Shown in pieces: positions 46,964-57,351 of a stretch of 64,000 nucleotides of DNA. The notes under the pieces were generated by a model, which saw nothing but the letters and a program-made list of their open reading frames with translations, searched no databases and was not told the origin of the DNA. The position numbers and the translations under genes are program-made. The stretch is from Glaciecola sp. MH2013 (GTDB lineage: Bacteria; Pseudomonadota; Gammaproteobacteria; Enterobacterales; Alteromonadaceae). The stretch's first letter is position 1; each line of letters begins with the position of its first letter. The stretch spans positions 262,647 through 326,646 of the forward strand of contig NZ_JADNRN010000002.1 of assembly GCF_015595035.1 (NCBI RefSeq). Direction: 5' to 3'.

Positions 46964-48124
46964 ATGGGCAATTCCGTCCAAAAATTATCAAATAATGTCA
47001 GCCTTGTTGCGTCTACGAATACGTGGATAGAGAGTCTGGCGATACAACAGATGTTAAAAACATCCGAACTTAGAGGTATGCGAGCGGTTGCTGGCATGCC
47101 CGATTTACATCCAGGAAGAGGCTACCCGATTGGTGCTGCTTTCTTCAGTACGAGGCGTATTTATCCAGCTTTAGTTGGTAACGACATTGGTTGCGGTATG
47201 GCGCTTTGGCAAACAAGTGCGAAGGTAAGCAAGGTTAACCTTGATAAGTTAGCAAAGAAATTTGAGCATGTAGAACAAGCGCTGGATGCATCATGGAAAG
47301 ATTTAATCGCTAGTCGAAAGAAGACCAAGGACATTGAAAGCAGCCAATTCGATCATGCCCTAGGCACAATTGGTGGCGGCAATCATTTTGCAGAGTTTCA
47401 AGCGATTGATGAGATTTATGATGCTAAAGCAATTGAAGAGCTTGGGTTGAGCAAGAAACACTTACAACTGTTAGTTCACTCCGGTTCTCGAGGTCTTGGT
47501 CAGTCTATACTTGTCGAGCATATTACTGAGTACAATCACGATGGTTTGTGCGAGTCGCAAGTCGACTTTACCGACTATATGCATAAGCATGATGAGGCTG
47601 TGCGCTGGGCAGAACTCAATCGCGAATGTATTGCGCTTCGCTTTTTGAAGGCAATTAGAGCTAAGGGGCAATGTTCACTGGATGTAAACCATAACTTGGT
47701 GTCGGCCAAAATCATTGATGGTCACCATGGTTGGTTGCATCGTAAAGGGGCTACGCCAAGCGATCAGGGTTATGTTGTTATACCGGGTTCTCGAGGTGAC
47801 TACAGCTATTTAGTTAAGCCAACGCCCTCTGAAAATAGTGAGTTGAGTCTATATTCTCTTGCTCATGGGGCGGGTAGAAAGTGGAAGCGTGGAGAGTGCC
47901 AAGGTCGCTTAAGTCATAAGTACAAACGTGATGACCTCTATCGTACTGAACTAGGCAGCAGGGTGGTATGTGGTAACAAGGAGCTTTTATACGATGAAGC
48001 GCCTCAAGCATATAAAAAGTGTGAAACAGTTATTGCCGACATGCTTGATGCGGGCTTAATCGAATTGGTTGCGCGCCTGCGACCTGTACTCACCTTCAAA
48101 ACTAATGGGAGCTGCTCCTCATGA
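46964..48124 (+). CDS. rtcB2: RtcB-family RNA ligase paralog (RtcB2)
   Basis: 386 aa; [17 protein letters not shown]...[10 protein letters not shown]...HSGSRGLGQ...AHGAGRK RtcB motifs. 4-nt ATGA overlap with prfH. Confidence 0.85.
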   Translation: MGNSVQKLSNNVSLVASTNTWIESLAIQQMLKTSELRGMRAVAGMPDLHPGRGYPIGAAFFSTRRIYPALVGNDIGCGMALWQTSAKVSKVNLDKLAKKFEHVEQALDASWKDLIASRKKTKDIESSQFDHALGTIGGGNHFAEFQAIDEIYDAKAIEELGLSKKHLQLLVHSGSRGLGQSILVEHITEYNHDGLCESQVDFTDYMHKHDEAVRWAELNRECIALRFLKAIRAKGQCSLDVNHNLVSAKIIDGHHGWLHRKGATPSDQGYVVIPGSRGDYSYLVKPTPSENSELSLYSLAHGAGRKWKRGECQGRLSHKYKRDDLYRTELGSRVVCGNKELLYDEAPQAYKKCETVIADMLDAGLIELVARLRPVLTFKTNGSCSS

Positions 48125-48735
48125 TGCTATTGCAATTATCAGCAGGACAAGGGCCAATCGAGTGTTGTAAAGCACTGGGTTTGGCTCTGGCCAAAATAGA
48201 AAAAGACGTAGCGCAACAGCAAATGAAAATGGAGCTGATTAACAGAGTACCTGCAGCTGAAAAGGACTGTTACAAATCCATTTTACTGCAGTTTGAGGGC
48301 GCTTCGGAACAGGTTATTAGTTATCTTCAAAGTTGGCAAGGAGCGCTCCTTTGGGTTTGCCAAAGTCCATATCGGCCAAAGTATAAACGTAAAAATTGGT
48401 TTTTCAGTGGTGAGGTATTTGAACTCAATAGTAGCGAGTTCGATCCATGTATTGAATACAAGGCATGCCGAGCATCTGGGGCTGGTGGTCAACATGTTAA
48501 TACCACTGACTCGGCTGTTCGTGCTACTCACTTGCAAACGGGATTAAGTGTTCGAAGCGAGAGCGAACGAAGTCAACATGCTAATAAGAAAATGGCACGT
48601 ATACTCTTATATCAAAAACTTGAAGAACAAAAACAAATCAACCAAACTCAGGATGAGAAACAGCGTTGGATGCAACACTGGGAGCTGCAACGTGGCAATC
48701 CCGTGAGAAGGTTCAAAGGGAGTAAATTTACTTAG
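48121..48735 (+). CDS. prfH: peptide chain release factor H (RF-H)
   Basis: 204 aa; GGQ motif in [29 protein letters not shown]; short RF2-like without the full codon-recognition domain; coupled to rtcB2. Confidence 0.85.
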   Translation: MMLLQLSAGQGPIECCKALGLALAKIEKDVAQQQMKMELINRVPAAEKDCYKSILLQFEGASEQVISYLQSWQGALLWVCQSPYRPKYKRKNWFFSGEVFELNSSEFDPCIEYKACRASGAGGQHVNTTDSAVRATHLQTGLSVRSESERSQHANKKMARILLYQKLEEQKQINQTQDEKQRWMQHWELQRGNPVRRFKGSKFT

Positions 48736-48833
48736 ATAAGAATAAGAAGGCAGTTAAGGAGCCCCGTAAGTAGGGCTCCGAACTGTGTTTTGACACTAAT
48801 GCTGAGATGAATTAGGTCTGATTTAAGCCCGAC

Positions 48834-49514
48834 TTAGGCCAGTTTTGCAACCAACTTTTCGGCTAAGGCTTTAGATGATGCCGGATTCTGGCCTGTTAAT
48901 AATAGTCCATCTTCAACAGTATATTCAGCCCAATCATCTGCTTTACTGTATATAGCGCCAAGTGCTTTTAGGCCATCTTCAATGAGCACAGGAACAATAT
49001 CGCTTAGCTCAACCGCAGCTTCTTCGCCGTTAGTGAAGCCGGTTACTTTTTTTCCTGCAACAAGTGGCGTGCCGTCTTTGGCTTTGGCGTTTAAAAGCAC
49101 CGCGGGTGCATGACAAACTGCTGCGACAGGTTTTGAGTTTGCATAAAAGTTCTCAATGAGAGCAATCGAGTTCTTATCTACACGCAAGTCCCACAGTGGA
49201 CCGTGGCCGCCCGGGTAAAAAATTGCATCAAAATCATCAGCCTTTACTTCACTTAGTTTAACCGTGTTAGCAAGTGCTTGCTCTGCTTCTTTGTCACTTT
49301 CAAAGCGGCGAGTATCATCCGTGAGGAAATCATCTAAGCTGCTTTTTGGATCAAGAGGTGGTTGCCCGCCAGCAGGTGAGGCAAGTGTTAGTTCAAAGCC
49401 TTTGTCTTTCATTACATAGTATGGCGCGGCTAATTCTTCTAGCCAAAAACCTGTTTTCTCTCCGGTATCGCCAAGTTCGTCATGTGACGTTAGTACAACA
49501 AGAATCTTTTTCAC
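48834..49514 (-). CDS. DJ-1/PfpI-family (type 1 glutamine amidotransferase-like) protein
   Basis: 226 aa; nucleophile elbow AAVCHAP. Confidence 0.85.
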   Translation of the reverse strand: MKKILVVLTSHDELGDTGEKTGFWLEELAAPYYVMKDKGFELTLASPAGGQPPLDPKSSLDDFLTDDTRRFESDKEAEQALANTVKLSEVKADDFDAIFYPGGHGPLWDLRVDKNSIALIENFYANSKPVAAVCHAPAVLLNAKAKDGTPLVAGKKVTGFTNGEEAAVELSDIVPVLIEDGLKALGAIYSKADDWAEYTVEDGLLLTGQNPASSKALAEKLVAKLA

Positions 49515-49672
49515 GTGTGCTTCCTCTAATTAAAATAAGTTATGTATTGATAAGTACTTTACGAAGCGTATTTTAGAACATTATCTGGAGTTTATAATTA
49601 GGCTTGTTGTTAAATCATTATTGCATATGTGCAATAATGACACATTTGCAAAGCTCTTATGAGGCGTATTTT

Positions 49673-50542
49673 ATGTTTATGGGTGTTGAAGAATTCGTAG
49701 CCCTTGGGCAAACCCACAACTTCTCTTCCGCGGCAAAGCGTTTGGGGGTATCGACTTCCTTGGTCAGCAGACGAGTTGCGGCGTTGGAAGAAAAAATGGG
49801 AGTGCGCTTGGTAAATCGCACTACAAGAGTGGTAAAACTGACTGATGCTGGCTATGAATACTTCAATCGTTGTAGTGTAATATTGCAAGAGATGGAAGAG
49901 GCAAACAGTGCAGTAGTATCTGAGTCGCAGGAATTTGAAGGGAGAATTCGAGTCTCTGCTGCTGGCGATTACGCAGAACGTTTTGTCGGCCCTAGTTTGG
50001 CTCGCTTTGCTATGCAGCACCCGAAGTTACAGATTGAAATGGACTTTAACTCACGTAATGTTAATTTGATCGATGATGGTTTTGACTTCGCTATTCGTTA
50101 CGGAGAGCTCAGTGATTCTAGTTTAGTCGCACGCCCTCTGACCACGCGGAACTTGGTGGCGGCAGCGTCGCCCACTTATATTAAAAAGTATGGTGTGCCG
50201 AAGCATCCAAATGATCTAGCGCAGCATCGTTGTATTATTTCTGTTCGCGACACTTGGCATTTCAATGAGAATGGCAATGCCTTGAGTGTGAAAGTACCCG
50301 TTGCTTTTCAGTCGAACAGCGGCGCAAACCTTGTTGCCACCGCACTTACGGGCTTGGGTATTGTATACCTTCCTCAGACTACCTTGCAGGAAAGCTTAAA
50401 TAACCAAGGCTTAGTATCAATAATGGAGAGCTACTGCGCGACCAATATTCCAACTTGGTTGGTATACCCGTCGAAGCGCTTTTTGCCACGTAGGGTGCGA
50501 GCAGCCTTAGACTTTCTGCAAGCGGATTTAAAAAGTCTTTAG
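49673..50542 (+). CDS. LysR-family transcriptional regulator
   Basis: HTH MGVEEFVALGQTHNFSSAAKRLGVSTSLVSRRVAALEEKMGVRL; divergent from the DJ-1/PfpI gene. Confidence 0.85.
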   Translation: MFMGVEEFVALGQTHNFSSAAKRLGVSTSLVSRRVAALEEKMGVRLVNRTTRVVKLTDAGYEYFNRCSVILQEMEEANSAVVSESQEFEGRIRVSAAGDYAERFVGPSLARFAMQHPKLQIEMDFNSRNVNLIDDGFDFAIRYGELSDSSLVARPLTTRNLVAAASPTYIKKYGVPKHPNDLAQHRCIISVRDTWHFNENGNALSVKVPVAFQSNSGANLVATALTGLGIVYLPQTTLQESLNNQGLVSIMESYCATNIPTWLVYPSKRFLPRRVRAALDFLQADLKSL

Positions 50543-51034
50543 GCTATCTAAGCTGAATGTTTCTATATCAAGCTTTATATGATGCTTTTCCGCCAAAGTG
50601 TTCAATGCGGCTTGATCTAAGGCTAGTTGGTCCATAATGATTGTGTTGTCATCAAGCTCCCAGAGTAATCTTGAACCTGCATAGCTGTATTGAATCGCTG
50701 TCATAGCAACAACATCACCTGAGTCGGCAGCACTTTTTAGCTTCATCATCTTTCGATGGATTTTATTCAACACCTGTTTGAGCCGCCAAACGTAATATAC
50801 TTCGGTCATGAAATCGTGATGTTTTATTTTATTCAGTGCAAACCCAACTATAGCACTCGTGATCACTACTCCGGTTAAATTCCAATGAAAATGACTCCCG
50901 CTTTCATCGGGATAAAGTGCGATAAGTGTTTGTGATATACCTAGGCTCCCAATAAGCAATGCCGCTATGCAAGCAATTATGAGATAGTTTAGGTGTTTTC
51001 TATAGCGGCGTTTGTCAACTTTAATGAGTTTCAT
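50528..51034 (-). CDS. membrane protein (hypothetical)
   Basis: 168 aa; three N-terminal predicted TM helices followed by a soluble C-terminal domain. Confidence 0.4.
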   Translation of the reverse strand: MKLIKVDKRRYRKHLNYLIIACIAALLIGSLGISQTLIALYPDESGSHFHWNLTGVVITSAIVGFALNKIKHHDFMTEVYYVWRLKQVLNKIHRKMMKLKSAADSGDVVAMTAIQYSYAGSRLLWELDDNTIIMDQLALDQAALNTLAEKHHIKLDIETFSLDSLKTF

Positions 51035-51194
51035 TTAGGATTTTTTCAGCATTGCATTAAGATAATGACCCGAGTATAAATCATGTTGATAAGAAGCGGA
51101 AAAATATTGATTCACCTATGTCATTCTTTGCGCCGTCATAAATATGATAGTGCTAGGATTATTCAGGTGTATCGTTAAAGTTAACTAACAAGGA

Positions 51195-51761
51195 GTGCTC
51201 TTGCAGATTGTACTAATTCGCCACGGAAAGCCACAGAGCGCGAGTAATGACAGGATGTGTGCTGCTGGTTTTGTGGCATGGGTTAAGCGCTACGCTTTTT
51301 CTAAAGTTGCAAGCACAAGTCGACCACAGGAAGACCTTTCCTCGCGTTTCTCTGAACACTTTTGCATCTCAAGTGACTTAATTAGAGCAATAGATTCGGC
51401 AAAGATTGCCTTTGATCACGAGCCCGCCGTGACTGAAAAACTGTTACGGGAAATGGATATTCCTCGCTATAAAATAGCTGGAAAATTGCGTGCATTTACA
51501 TGGGTATACTTAAATCGAGCTTTGTGGATGCTTGGCAAAAAAGGCCCATTCGAGTCTTATAGTGAAGCTAGGGAGCGCTCGAGAAACGCGGCGGTTTTGC
51601 TGCAGCAATATGCCACGGAGAAACAGAGCATTGTCGTGTTCGGACATGGTTACATGAACTTGCATTTACGGGGCGTTTTAAAAAAGCGGGGCTGGAAAGT
51701 TGAAGAAAAAAGTAATGATTATTGGGGCGTATCGGTCTTAAATAAGGCGACCGAAAATTAG
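51195..51761 (+). CDS. histidine phosphatase superfamily (PGAM/SixA-like) protein
   Basis: IVLIRHGK RHG catalytic motif near the N-terminus; non-ATG start. Confidence 0.6.
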   Translation: MLLQIVLIRHGKPQSASNDRMCAAGFVAWVKRYAFSKVASTSRPQEDLSSRFSEHFCISSDLIRAIDSAKIAFDHEPAVTEKLLREMDIPRYKIAGKLRAFTWVYLNRALWMLGKKGPFESYSEARERSRNAAVLLQQYATEKQSIVVFGHGYMNLHLRGVLKKRGWKVEEKSNDYWGVSVLNKATEN

Positions 51762-51791
51762 ATTTTTGCCAACCAACCGAAGGATGAGGAA

Positions 51792-52943
51792 ATGCCAGAG
51801 CCTTTTAAAAATATGATAAATCTTGATCTAATTGCGCACATGGCTGATGCTTTTGATAAGGCCTCAGCGGCGCTAAAGTATCACGATTTTTCAGCAGCAA
51901 AATTTGTGAGCTTAGCTGGGCATGAATTGGAAACACTTGAACTGAAACAGCGTGCAGATCAAATATGCACATCAATGAAGCAAACTCTCCCTAGCGACTT
52001 TCTTCTAGCCGCTGCCATTATTCATTCGAGCTTAGCGCCGGTGCAATTGAATCAGAATACTGACGACATTGGTGACGAAGGTATATCGGGTTGGGGGATT
52101 TGGCCTATCACGACTTATGCTGGCTTGTATGGCATTGAGTATTTTGATGAAGGTTTGCGGCTGTTAAAAGAAGCCACCAAGAGACTTTCATCAGAATTTG
52201 GTATTCGTTACTTCATTCTAGCCGATCCTGATCGCTGTATGGCAACCATAAAAAAATGGGCAGCCGACGAGAACTACCATGTACGAAGACTTGCGTCAGA
52301 AGGCAGTAGACCAAGGCTACCATGGGGGATGCAGCTACCGATGTATGTTAACGACCCGTCACCCTTGTTGCCGCTACTCGATAGTTTAAAGGATGATAGT
52401 GAAGAATACGTCAGGCGTTCGGTTGCCAACAACCTTAATGATATTGCTAAAGATCATCCAGATGTAGTAGCGGAAATAGCCACAAAATGGTTGAAAGATG
52501 CTAATAAGAACAGAATAAGAATGGTAAAGCATGCGTGTAGAACGCTCTTAAAACAAGGCCACCCGGTAGTGTTAGATGCTTTTGGCTTTTCACCAATCGA
52601 TACGTCGACAGCCAAGTTAAGCCTCGATAAGAGTGAAATTAAAATGGGTGAGAGCATTACTTTTACATTTGAACTGCCTGCTTTTTCAGTTACTAAAAGC
52701 AAAACTAAGCAACAAAACCTGATGATCGATTACGTTATTCATCATCAAAAGGCGAACGGTAAAACTACGCCCAAGGTATTTAAGTGGAAGAATCTTAGCG
52801 ATACTGACGGAAGCGCTATATCGGCCTCAAAAACGCATGTGTTCAAGCCGATCACCACCCGCGTTTATCACTCTGGAGAGCATTTCGTAGAGATACTTGT
52901 AAATGGTGTTTCTGCCGGGAAGTCAGGCTTTATGTTAAGCTAA
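51792..52943 (+). CDS. DNA alkylation repair enzyme-like (HEAT-repeat) protein with C-terminal extension
   Basis: YHVRRLASEGSRPRLPWG and surrounding helical repeats resemble the AlkC/AlkD family as recalled; about 130 extra C-terminal residues. Confidence 0.5.
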   Translation: MPEPFKNMINLDLIAHMADAFDKASAALKYHDFSAAKFVSLAGHELETLELKQRADQICTSMKQTLPSDFLLAAAIIHSSLAPVQLNQNTDDIGDEGISGWGIWPITTYAGLYGIEYFDEGLRLLKEATKRLSSEFGIRYFILADPDRCMATIKKWAADENYHVRRLASEGSRPRLPWGMQLPMYVNDPSPLLPLLDSLKDDSEEYVRRSVANNLNDIAKDHPDVVAEIATKWLKDANKNRIRMVKHACRTLLKQGHPVVLDAFGFSPIDTSTAKLSLDKSEIKMGESITFTFELPAFSVTKSKTKQQNLMIDYVIHHQKANGKTTPKVFKWKNLSDTDGSAISASKTHVFKPITTRVYHSGEHFVEILVNGVSAGKSGFMLS

Positions 52944-52960
52944 TCGCGCTGCGCTGATGC

Positions 52961-53000
52961 AAAAAAAAGCTCGATTATAGGGGTCTATAGTCGAGCTTTT
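52961..53000. terminator. bidirectional rho-independent terminator between convergent genes
   Basis: A8-GCTCGATTATAG-GGGT-CTATAGTCGAGC-T4. Confidence 0.5.
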
Positions 53001-53026
53001 ATCGTGTTCTCTAGCGTACGAGAAGC

Positions 53027-53632
53027 TTAGCTTTTATATTTGATTGAGCAGCCATAGGGAGGGGTGAGTTTCTTTTCGGGTGAGCCTCCGGCTTGTAAAG
53101 CATCCATTCCTGCAACTACATAGTTTGTCGCTTTAGGAATATCAGCAGGATTGGCCGACTTGATACTATCGATAGCACCTGCGTAACGTAAGTCACCTTC
53201 AGGGTCGATAATATACATATGTGGCGTGGTCTTCGCAGCGTACATCTTACCTACTGTACCATCTGGATCGAATAAAACGTGCGAAGGCTTAGCATTCCTG
53301 CTTTTAGTTAATTCGTTTGCTTCAGAGGCCTCAACATAGCCCTGTTTTCCTGGTGCCGACGAGATGATAGAAAGCCATACAACATCGTCTTCGGTGTACT
53401 TTTCTTGTAGACCTTGCATATTGTCACTTCCGTAATGCTTCACTACGTAAGGGCATTGATGGTTAGTCCATTCAAGTACAACATATTTTCCGGCATAGTC
53501 AGATAAGCTCACTTGCTCACCTAGGCTGTTTTGCAGTGTGAAATCAGGTGCTGCTTTATCTACCTTCGCAGCAAAAACCTGAGTACTTAGAAGTGCTGCA
53601 CATGCGAGAGTTATTAAACCTTTAGTTTTCAT
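53027..53632 (-). CDS. periplasmic thioredoxin-fold protein (DsbD-partner-like thiol:disulfide oxidoreductase)
   Basis: Signal peptide MKTKGLITLACAALLSTQVFA; motif HQCPYVVKHY. ATG 53632 behind SD AAAGGAG; overlaps the dsbD stop. Confidence 0.7.
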   Translation of the reverse strand: MKTKGLITLACAALLSTQVFAAKVDKAAPDFTLQNSLGEQVSLSDYAGKYVVLEWTNHQCPYVVKHYGSDNMQGLQEKYTEDDVVWLSIISSAPGKQGYVEASEANELTKSRNAKPSHVLFDPDGTVGKMYAAKTTPHMYIIDPEGDLRYAGAIDSIKSANPADIPKATNYVVAGMDALQAGGSPEKKLTPPYGCSIKYKS

Positions 53633-55763
53633 TAGAAAGCTCCTTTTGGGCTTGATTAAGGGCATCTACTACTATCCCTGGGGTTAACATTTGGGGTAAA
53701 ACTTTGGTTGAGCTGCGACCTGCATAAACGACATATAGCGGCACGCCAGCCCGTTCATATTTTTTAAGATAAGCTAATATTTCATTATTCTTGTTTGTCC
53801 AATCTCCTACCATATATTGAGTATTTGCTTGTGACAGAGCTTGTTTAACAGCATCTGTATTTAATGCCACTTGTTCATTTACTTTGCAGGTAATGCACCA
53901 GTCAGCAGTCATATTAACGAGTACGACTTGTTGTGAATCCTTTAATTCGTCAAGAGTCGCCTCTGAAAACACAAGCGAGTTGGTCTGCGACGCTTTTTCA
54001 CGCTGATCCCCTTGATTGAGCGCTGTAAGTCCAGCGTTCGGAAGAAAGGGGAAGAGAATCAGTAGCACTATGATTATGCTAAAGACAATGTTTACAATTC
54101 CTTTTGTTCGTGAGCTTAACCAAGTAAAGAGGCTGAAACTCACAAGGGCACACAAGAGAATAAACTGCGCAATTATTCCTTGCTGCGCTGCGTAAACCCA
54201 ACATAGCCATGCAACAGTAAAGAGCATCGGGAAGGCTAGAAAGTGTTTAAAAGTAAGCATCCATTGTCCGGGTTTTGGTATGCATTTTCTTATATTCGGT
54301 AGCACAAATAGCAGTGTAAGAGGCAGTGCAAAACCAATGGCCAAAGCATTAAAGATAAGCAAGGTTATTAGTGGGCTGCTCACAAAGGCCACACCTAGCG
54401 CGGCGGCCATAAAAGGTGCTGTGCAGGGCGAGGCAACAACAACGGCCAAGAAACCCGTAAAAAAATGACTGCGGGTATTATCGCCAGTGATCAGCTTACT
54501 ACCAAAACCTGCCATGCTTGAACCGAGCGAAAACACATCAAGTAGTAACAAGGCTATGAAGGTAAACAAAAATGCTAATAGCCATATAATTGCTGGGGAT
54601 TGCATATGGAAGCCCCAGCCAAGTTGCTCACCGCTTTGCTGCAAAATAATGATCAGCGCCGCAAAACCATTGAAACAAACAAGTACTCCTAAAGCGTAAG
54701 CGAGCTTTTGTGACCAACTTAACATTTCATGCTGCAGTGAAATTGCCTTCATTGATAATATGGGGAGCACGCAGGGCATTATGTTTAGGATTAAGCCCCC
54801 TAGAAAAGCAAAAAACAATACACCAATGAATACGCCTGCAGTCATTGCTTGAGAAGTCATCGCACTTTCTATTGCGCTCGAAGCTGGCATGGCCCTTACA
54901 TAAAAGGCTTCATCTTGATTACGAACTAAAAATTGCAGTGTACTGGCATCTTGTGAAAGGCTAGTGTCATCGAAGTACGCCCCTCTTGGTAAAATGACGC
55001 TGGTTTGGCCGTCTATGCTTGCATGTTGCTGTGCAGCTGCGTGGTTGATGAGGTCGTTTCGAAAAGGAAATACACTAAGATCACTAGTATCAAAGCCTGA
55101 TGGGGCTGCAAATTCAATTGCGATAGTGTCTTCATTGATTTCAAAGAATCCAGTGGTAGCTTCTTGTTTCGGAAGCTGTTGCCGTGTTTGTTCAAACAGC
55201 CAAGCCATCGACGTATTTTCTGCGCTATTACTGATTGGCAAGTTCATACTGAGTGTCGCCCAGCCAGGAATGCAGTCTTCCTTACACACTAACCATGAAA
55301 GTTCAGCACTGATGGTTATGTTTTCTCGGTCGCCTGCCAGCATTGGGTCTACTGTGATCGGCACCATCAATAAATGCCTGCCGCTGTAGCCATAATTAAC
55401 CAAATGGGCAACAGGTATTGCGTAGGGAGTCGGCCACAAAATTTCACCGAAATTAACACCCTCAGTGGCTTGCCACTCTATTTTGGGTGCTTCCCCGCTA
55501 TCACCAGGATTCAGCCAGTAAGTATGCCACTCTTCTTCAGGCGACATTTCAATGGCAATGTATTGTTGGCCTCCTGGAATAATGGCTGATTTTTCACTGA
55601 TCAGAGCAACTTCTATGTGCGGGCCTGTGGCTTTGCTGGATTCAGCAGATGAAGCTGTTTCAGCTTGTAGTGAAAGGCTCAACAAGCCGCTTATCAGGAG
55701 CAAAGTAAATAAGCAGCGCTTGGTAACACGATCAGCTTGCCTAAGTAGTTGTAGCAAATTCAT
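53622..55763 (-). CDS. dsbD: thiol:disulfide interchange protein DsbD
   Basis: 713 aa; N-terminal periplasmic alpha domain; TM core with CVLPILSMK; C-terminal thioredoxin domain ADWCITCK. Confidence 0.9.
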   Translation of the reverse strand: MNLLQLLRQADRVTKRCLFTLLLISGLLSLSLQAETASSAESSKATGPHIEVALISEKSAIIPGGQQYIAIEMSPEEEWHTYWLNPGDSGEAPKIEWQATEGVNFGEILWPTPYAIPVAHLVNYGYSGRHLLMVPITVDPMLAGDRENITISAELSWLVCKEDCIPGWATLSMNLPISNSAENTSMAWLFEQTRQQLPKQEATTGFFEINEDTIAIEFAAPSGFDTSDLSVFPFRNDLINHAAAQQHASIDGQTSVILPRGAYFDDTSLSQDASTLQFLVRNQDEAFYVRAMPASSAIESAMTSQAMTAGVFIGVLFFAFLGGLILNIMPCVLPILSMKAISLQHEMLSWSQKLAYALGVLVCFNGFAALIIILQQSGEQLGWGFHMQSPAIIWLLAFLFTFIALLLLDVFSLGSSMAGFGSKLITGDNTRSHFFTGFLAVVVASPCTAPFMAAALGVAFVSSPLITLLIFNALAIGFALPLTLLFVLPNIRKCIPKPGQWMLTFKHFLAFPMLFTVAWLCWVYAAQQGIIAQFILLCALVSFSLFTWLSSRTKGIVNIVFSIIIVLLILFPFLPNAGLTALNQGDQREKASQTNSLVFSEATLDELKDSQQVVLVNMTADWCITCKVNEQVALNTDAVKQALSQANTQYMVGDWTNKNNEILAYLKKYERAGVPLYVVYAGRSSTKVLPQMLTPGIVVDALNQAQKELSNEN

Positions 55764-55905
55764 GCAGAGTTTCTTCTCAACTAAGTATCATTAATGTATA
55801 TAAAATAGTGTAAAAATCCACCAAGAATAAAATGATACGCATAGAGTGGGTATTCGTATCTACTTTTTCACGATCTTTACATTCGAATAATGGAACGGTG
55901 AGAGT

Positions 55906-56382
55906 ATGAAAAATGGTTTGCGGTTTACCTGCTTCGTAATTTGTGCGCTTTTGTGCCCTGTAGTTGCTGCTATATATACTGTTGAAACTAAGGAAATAGA
56001 GATGCGTCAACTTTCCGATTTTCAATGGAAGCACAGGGTAGTGGCTTCGGAATGGCCAGCGGACAAGCAAGCACAAAGAGAGCTACTGCAATTATTAACT
56101 CGTTTATCGGAAGATCTTAAGGAAAGAAAATTATACTTCTTCTTTTTCAGTGGCGAACTTGGCTATGAGCTTAGTCTCTATCTCAAGGAAAATCAGCCGC
56201 CGTCGTTTGAGCCTATATTGAATAAGAAGCTTGAGGAGGCCTTACACAACCAACGAAAGCAACATCACACTGTGTTGATCGGGCTCGATGGTGGCCGGAA
56301 ACAGGTTTACGATAGCTTTAACTTGGAGGCTATCGTTGCTGATATCGAGCGAATGCCCATGCGTAGAGCAGAGCTCAAATAG
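55906..56382 (+). CDS. secreted hypothetical protein (DUF4174-like)
   Basis: Signal peptide MKNGLRFTCFVICALLCPVVAA; 158 aa. Confidence 0.45.
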   Translation: MKNGLRFTCFVICALLCPVVAAIYTVETKEIEMRQLSDFQWKHRVVASEWPADKQAQRELLQLLTRLSEDLKERKLYFFFFSGELGYELSLYLKENQPPSFEPILNKKLEEALHNQRKQHHTVLIGLDGGRKQVYDSFNLEAIVADIERMPMRRAELK

Positions 56383-56400
56383 TATTGACTATATTTTTAT

Positions 56401-57069
56401 TCACTTCTTCCCAAATGCCTTAGCAAGGTACTCGCTAAACGCCGGCTGCGCAGCTTTGCGTTCTGCTGCAACTTTTTGTACTTCAGGCATGGCGTTGAGT
56501 TTGTTCATTAAGTCTTTTGCGCCCGGAGCCTCATCTAAAAGATCGACATCGAATAGTTTTTTCGCTACCGACGACGCTAGATCTGCCGAGTATAAAAAGA
56601 AAATATCAGCGGCCGTAAGCTTATCGCCAGCGATGTAGGGACCAAAACTTGCTGCGCGGCTTAAGGCCTGCATACCGATATACAGCGCACGCTTCACTTC
56701 TTTCTTAGTTACTTCATGCACGGGAACACCCCAGAAGGCTTCGGTATGGCAACGCCGTGCAGGCAACTCAATATATAGCTCAATCATTTTGACGAGTTCT
56801 TTGATGCGGGCTTGTTCATAAGAAGAACCTGGATATAAGGGATGCTGTTGGTTGAGGCTATCAAGGTATTCCATGATGACATTTGTTTCTATTAGTATGC
56901 CGTCACTTGTTTGTAGAGCTGGCACCTTGCCAGTAGGACAAACGGCTAAATACTCAGGGCTTTGATTTGGGTAAGTGAGTACTGCTTCGTAATCAATCCC
57001 TTTTAAATCCATCGCTAGTTTTAGCATGTTGTAGTAGTTACTAACATCAAACCCGTATAGTTTCAGCAT
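56401..57069 (-). CDS. glutathione S-transferase
   Basis: ATG 57069 behind SD GGAGA (MLKLYGFDVSNYYNMLKLAMDLKGIDYEAV); thioredoxin-like N-terminal domain and helical C-terminal domain. Confidence 0.8.
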   Translation of the reverse strand: MLKLYGFDVSNYYNMLKLAMDLKGIDYEAVLTYPNQSPEYLAVCPTGKVPALQTSDGILIETNVIMEYLDSLNQQHPLYPGSSYEQARIKELVKMIELYIELPARRCHTEAFWGVPVHEVTKKEVKRALYIGMQALSRAASFGPYIAGDKLTAADIFFLYSADLASSVAKKLFDVDLLDEAPGAKDLMNKLNAMPEVQKVAAERKAAQPAFSEYLAKAFGKK

Positions 57070-57351
57070 TACTTTCTCCAAATCATTAATGTATTCATAA
57101 ATTTGGCGTGAAAGGGCAACATTTGCAAGTTTGAAAGAATGATGGAGAACTATCATTGCAGTGAAGTTTGTTTAAGCGCGCTCTTGCAAATAGAGTACTG
57201 TTGTGTGAAGTTTTTAGAGGGGATTTTCGTTATATTTACATCTTATACCGAGTGACGAAACTCAAACAAATGCCTATAATCAACCCGGATCTGAAATAGA
57301 AAAGTTATTAACAGGTCTTATAGTCTTTCCACTACTTTCAAGGTTTAAAAA

